A stretch of 63,660 nucleotides of DNA, counting the filler, from Thraustochytrium aureum (taxonomy: Eukaryota), in the NCBI GenBank assembly GCA_012862495.1. It is 5 parts of 5 records of this genome, joined end to end, with 100 filler letters (N's around TTAATTAATTAA, not from the genome) between each part and the next. Parts side by side here need not be neighbours in the genome. Positions count along the whole stretch, not along the records: positions 59,606 to 63,660 come from BLSG01000355.1; 4 more parts are not named here. One strand, 5' to 3'. Positions 59,607 through 63,660 of this stretch are shown one piece after another. The notes under the pieces were generated by a model. It searched no databases. It saw only the letters and a program-made list of their open reading frames with translations, and was not told where the DNA came from. The stretch's first letter is position 1. The number at the start of each line of letters is the position of its first letter. A program made the translations under genes and the position numbers.

Positions 59607-61067
59607 AAGGGCGACGGAAAGGACCTTCCGTTCAAGGTTTCAACCAACATCCGCGTCTCGCCGCTGCCCAAGAAGACGACCAAGCTTTACATTGAGGTGA
59701 CATACGACCTCGTGGATGGCAACCGAGTTCATGCCATGCGTAGCGGCGACGGTGATTTGTGTGATTGTCCAGATCCCGACGTTGATTGCTCACTTGGGCG
59801 GCAACATGAACTTACGCTGGATACCACTGGTACGTCGAAACAGCAAGGGGGGATCTCGAGCCGCGATGACACGCCATTTGAGGAAAACGGCCGCAGCGGC
59901 AAAGCGGCCCAGGGTCCTTCCTGCTTTATGGGCGTGAGCCACCGCAATGGTCAACCCGAACCGCTCACTCGCGTTCGCAAGCCCAAGAAGCAGTCGTTCA
60001 TGTCCATCCTCAAGGACGGTATCCTCAGCACCAGCACGTTCCCGCTCGAGTTCAAGCCCGCCGGCAACCCGTGGCACCCTGACGGCAAGTGGCAGGTTTC
60101 GCTCAAGGCTCGCGTGGTAGCCAAGCTGCCTGCAGGGCTCAAGGGCGGCTGTGACGAGTGCCCAACTGGGGCACTGTGCCTGCCAAACTCTCGCCGAGGG
60201 AGGCGCCTCACCACGCGGAGACTTGCTTCAGCTCAACCTACTTGGAGCTGGGTGCAAAAGCCCCAACGTGTCCCTCATCGCACCATAATTTACAGCGGAT
60301 TTCCTCCGAGTCAACCTTTGGCTCGGAGACCTTACATGGTGCACCAGTCTTATCAAGACCTGTACTACAGGTTTGACACGCATGGTACCTGCCTCAAGGC
60401 CATCGACATGACTTCTCAGGCAACTCCCAACAAACCAAGTGGAACCAAACCAGCTTTGTTGGACCTTTTCAAGGAGATCTGTGCGCCCAACTCTCCGAGA
60501 AACTACCGTAACCTGGCCGACAACGGGAATAATTTGTGGTTTCGGACGTGTAAGGAATGGTCGGTGGCGTCTCCGTATACGTGTCAGAAACCGAACCCCG
60601 TGTGTCCGGCGGTGAAAATAATCCACTGCGGCAAACAACAGACGTGGAGCCTGAGCCAGGCGCAAAACATCCACCACTGCGACGCTTATCATGTAGAGCA
60701 CATGTTCGACGAGGGTAGCGAAACGGGGGCCACAAGAGGGCGCGGCCATGGTTTCCCAGACAGCGTCGTGAACACCCTTGCAAACTACATCATGGCGTGG
60801 GGAAAGTGGAACTCTGGCGTGAGCGGACTTGGTGGGAAGAAGAACTTCTACCCGCATACCTACGCCGAGAAGGTCGAGGTGTATGGCCAGGTCGAAATGA
60901 ATTTAGTCCACAATTTGCTCCGCGCATGCCAGACGTACCAAAATGCCCAAATACATCACGGGCCGACGTCTCCAGCCGCCACAACTGCCGCCACAGCTGG
61001 CTTTCCTGCTATGCGAGCCGTTTGCAGCCATTGGTCATGTTTAGACACGAACTTGCTGTGTGGATGA
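59607..61067 (+). CDS. Cys-rich protein with C-terminal HNH/HNN-like (beta-beta-alpha-Me) nuclease motif, 5' truncated
   Basis: Open from the scaffold edge (KGDGKDLPFKV...). YHVEHMFD...LANYIMAWGKWN has the EH...N-x8-N spacing of HNH-superfamily nucleases. Dibasic RGRRLTTRRL linker mid-protein. Confidence 0.6.
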   Translation, partial: KGDGKDLPFKVSTNIRVSPLPKKTTKLYIEVTYDLVDGNRVHAMRSGDGDLCDCPDPDVDCSLGRQHELTLDTTGTSKQQGGISSRDDTPFEENGRSGKAAQGPSCFMGVSHRNGQPEPLTRVRKPKKQSFMSILKDGILSTSTFPLEFKPAGNPWHPDGKWQVSLKARVVAKLPAGLKGGCDECPTGALCLPNSRRGRRLTTRRLASAQPTWSWVQKPQRVPHRTIIYSGFPPSQPLARRPYMVHQSYQDLYYRFDTHGTCLKAIDMTSQATPNKPSGTKPALLDLFKEICAPNSPRNYRNLADNGNNLWFRTCKEWSVASPYTCQKPNPVCPAVKIIHCGKQQTWSLSQAQNIHHCDAYHVEHMFDEGSETGATRGRGHGFPDSVVNTLANYIMAWGKWNSGVSGLGGKKNFYPHTYAEKVEVYGQVEMNLVHNLLRACQTYQNAQIHHGPTSPAATTAATAGFPAMRAVCSHWSCLDTNLLCG

Positions 61068-61148
61068 GTCGAGATGTCCCGCATAATACTCATAGTCACG
61101 CAAAAAGGAAGGGAACGTTTCAGATACGCATTTGGTATCTTGGTAAAG

Positions 61149-63660
61149 TCACGTTTTGCGCACCAGTTCTAGCCTGCACAACCGGCCAGCGAAGTCAAGC
61201 AGGGTCACGAACGACCCGTCTACAGACAGGACGCTTGCTTCGATGATGGAGTCGCTTGTGAAGCCAGCCGACGAGTTCACATTCTCGCCAAAGGCCAAAA
61301 CTGTCTTGTCGACACCCCTCAGCACCAGGACCGCATTGACGTCCGCGTCCTCGATTAGTTCGCCTGTCGTCATCGCCCACGCGAGGACGCGGCCATTCCA
61401 GTCCCGCGAAACGATGCGCTCGCCGTCAGCCGAGAGGGCCACNNNNNNNNNNNNNNNNNNNNNNNNNNNNNNNNNNNNNNNNNNNNNNNNNNNNNNNNNN
61501 NNNNNNNNNNNNNNNNNNNNNNNNNNNNNNNNNNNNNNNNNNNNNNNNNNNNNNNNNNNNNNNNNNNNNNNNNNNNNNNNNNNNNNNNNNNNNNNNNNNN
61601 NNNNNNNNNNNNNNNNNNNNNNNNNNNNNNNNNNNNNNNNNNNNNNNNNNNNNNNNNNNNNNNNNNNNNNNNNNNNNNNNNNNNNNNNNNNNNNNNNNNN
61701 NNNNNNNNNNNNNNNNNNNNNNNNNNNNNNNNNNNNNNNNNNNNNNNNNNNNNNNNNNNNNNNNNNNNNNNNNNNNNNNNNNNNNNNNNNNNNNNNNNNN
61801 NNNNNNNNNNNNNNNNNNNNNNNNNNNNNNNNNNNNNNNNNNNNNNNNNNNNNNNNNNNNNNNNNNNNNNNNNNNNNNNNNNNNNNNNNNNNNNNNNNNN
61901 NNNNNNNNNNNNNNNNNNNNNNNNNNNNNNNNNNNNNNNNNNNNNNNNNNNNNNNNNNNNNNNNNNNNNNNNNNNNNNNNNNNNNNNNNNNNNNNNNNNN
62001 NNNNNNNNNNNNNNNNNNNNNNNNNNNNNNNNNNNNNNNNNNNNNNNNNNNNNNNNNNNNNNNNNNNNNNNNNNNNNNNNNNNNNNNNNNNNNNNNNNNN
62101 NNNNNNNNNNNNNNNNNNNNACGGCAATGACACAATCGGTGTGCCCTTCGAGTCTCTCCAGGGAGACTTGATCCTTGCCGTTGTTGAAGTCCATGACAAC
62201 TACGGTGTTGCTGGTGTAGGGGGACAGCGACACTATGCGGTAGGTGCTACTAGTTCCAATCCGGTCGAAGGCCAGGACCTGGCTATCAAAGGGCATGTTT
62301 TCGTAGCACAAGATCTCGTGGCCGGTTTTGGCGTCCCAGATGCTTCCAGAGATGTTCATGCCATATATATCCGAATTGAAGGTCACTAGCCGCTGGCCGT
62401 CTCGAGAAATTGCCACTCCCGTGACTTTGGGAAGGGGCTCTCTGAGGTAGCCTTGGGCCTTGTCACTGACTGCCCAGACCCGGACAATACCGTCACGGCA
62501 CCCGGAAACAATGCGGTTCCCGTCCGGCAGGAATGCCACTGCACTGACCTCATGCGTGTGCCCCTCAAACCGCCGGAGCTGCCGGCCCGAGTCGAAGTCC
62601 CAGATGCGTAACGTCTTGTCGATGCTCCCCGAAGCGATAAGGTTCCCGTCCCGCGAGATTGCCACGGCACTGACTTCATCGGTATGTCCCTCGAGCCGCA
62701 TAAGATTTCGACCCGACTTGAAATCCCAGATGCGTACGGTCTTGTCTTGGCTACCAGAAACGATGCGGTCCCCGTCCCATGATAGGGCCAAGGCGCTGAC
62801 CGAATCGGTATGTCCCTCCAGCCGTCGCAGCTCCTGGCCCGATTCGGCGTCCCAGATACGAACGGTCTTGTCGTCGCTCCCCGAAATGATGTGGGTGTCA
62901 TCAAGCGAGGTCGCCACGACATTGACATAACCAGTGTGTCCCTCGAGCCGCCGGAGCCACTGGCTCGTGCTGGCATCCCAGATATTCACAAAACTTGTCC
63001 GACCCGCCGAAGCGATACGATCGCCATCGTGCGAGAATGTCACGTCATAGGCAATCATGTGTTCATCACACCGCTGGAGTTCGTGCCCAGTCCTCGCGTC
63101 CCAGATTTGTATAGTATTGTAAAAGCTCCCGGAAAAGATGCGGTTCCCGTCTCGCGAGAGGGCCACGGCAATGACACGTGAATTGCGCATCCCCCCCATC
63201 CCAAAATGCTTCGGGACGTCGAGCCGCATCAGCTCCTTGCCCGTCTTCGTGTCCCAAATGCGCACGGTAGAGTCGTCGCTCCCTGAAACGATGCGTTCTC
63301 CATCACGCGAGATCGCAACGGCGTTGACACCATCGGTGTGCCCTCGGAGGATCCTTCGTACAGGGTCGCTTGCGGGCGTGAGGCACGCCCTCACGGGGCG
63401 CAGCCATGAAAAGTCGGGGTGGCGAAACGCCCGCGCTTGCTCGACGAGAGGATGGTCCTCAGGGAGGCGGCCGAGGAGCTGGCTTGGGAGCTCGCGCCAG
63501 TCGCGGTTGATGGCCTGAATACCCTTTTCTATGGCGCGCGCGGCGAGCTTGGCGTCCTCGGGAAGATCGTTGGCCAGCTCGGCGTCTTGCACGAGCTGCG
63601 CTGCGGCGCCGGCCTCGGCGACCTTGAGGAGCCAGTCGAAGTCGAGCAGCACTCTAGCTA
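61149..63660 (-). CDS. STAND/NLR-type (NWD/HET-E/APAF1-like) WD40-repeat protein, C-terminal part
   Basis: Helical linker LLDFDWLL...ELPSQLLGRL...WLRPVRACLTP typical of NACHT/NB-ARC-WD40 proteins, followed by about 8-10 visible 42-aa repeats LEGHTD.V.AVA.S.DG.RIVSGS.DKTVRIWD. The NTPase domain is not in the window. Confidence 0.85.

Overview
GC-rich, gene-dense, intron-poor eukaryotic genomic DNA, not prokaryotic. It has short GT-AG introns with CTRAC branch points, myosin, ARP4, MYB, HMG-box, PIP kinase and an intron-containing dapA. The content fits a heterotrophic stramenopile such as a labyrinthulomycete/thraustochytrid (inference only). The window is a gappy draft made of five pieces joined by artificial 100-bp N44-TTAATTAATTAA-N44 spacers. 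Several genes carry single-base frameshifts that look like assembly errors. About 27 coding regions are supported, including an ARMH1-like ORF missing from the ORF track. The most interesting locus is the last piece (59606-63660): an ORF with a compositionally distinct C-terminal HNH/HNN-like nuclease module lies tail-to-tail with a STAND/NLR-type (HET-E/NWD-like) WD40 protein, a candidate immunity/toxin locus. Other oddities are a degenerate SMYD-TPR-2OG/Fe(II) fusion, a Tag glycosylase lacking its conserved Glu, a myosin with an acidic repeat tail, an Iwr1-ankyrin fusion, a bacterial-type secreted esterase and an AT-rich 40/41-bp minisatellite. No CRISPR array, rRNA, tRNA or transposase was supportable.
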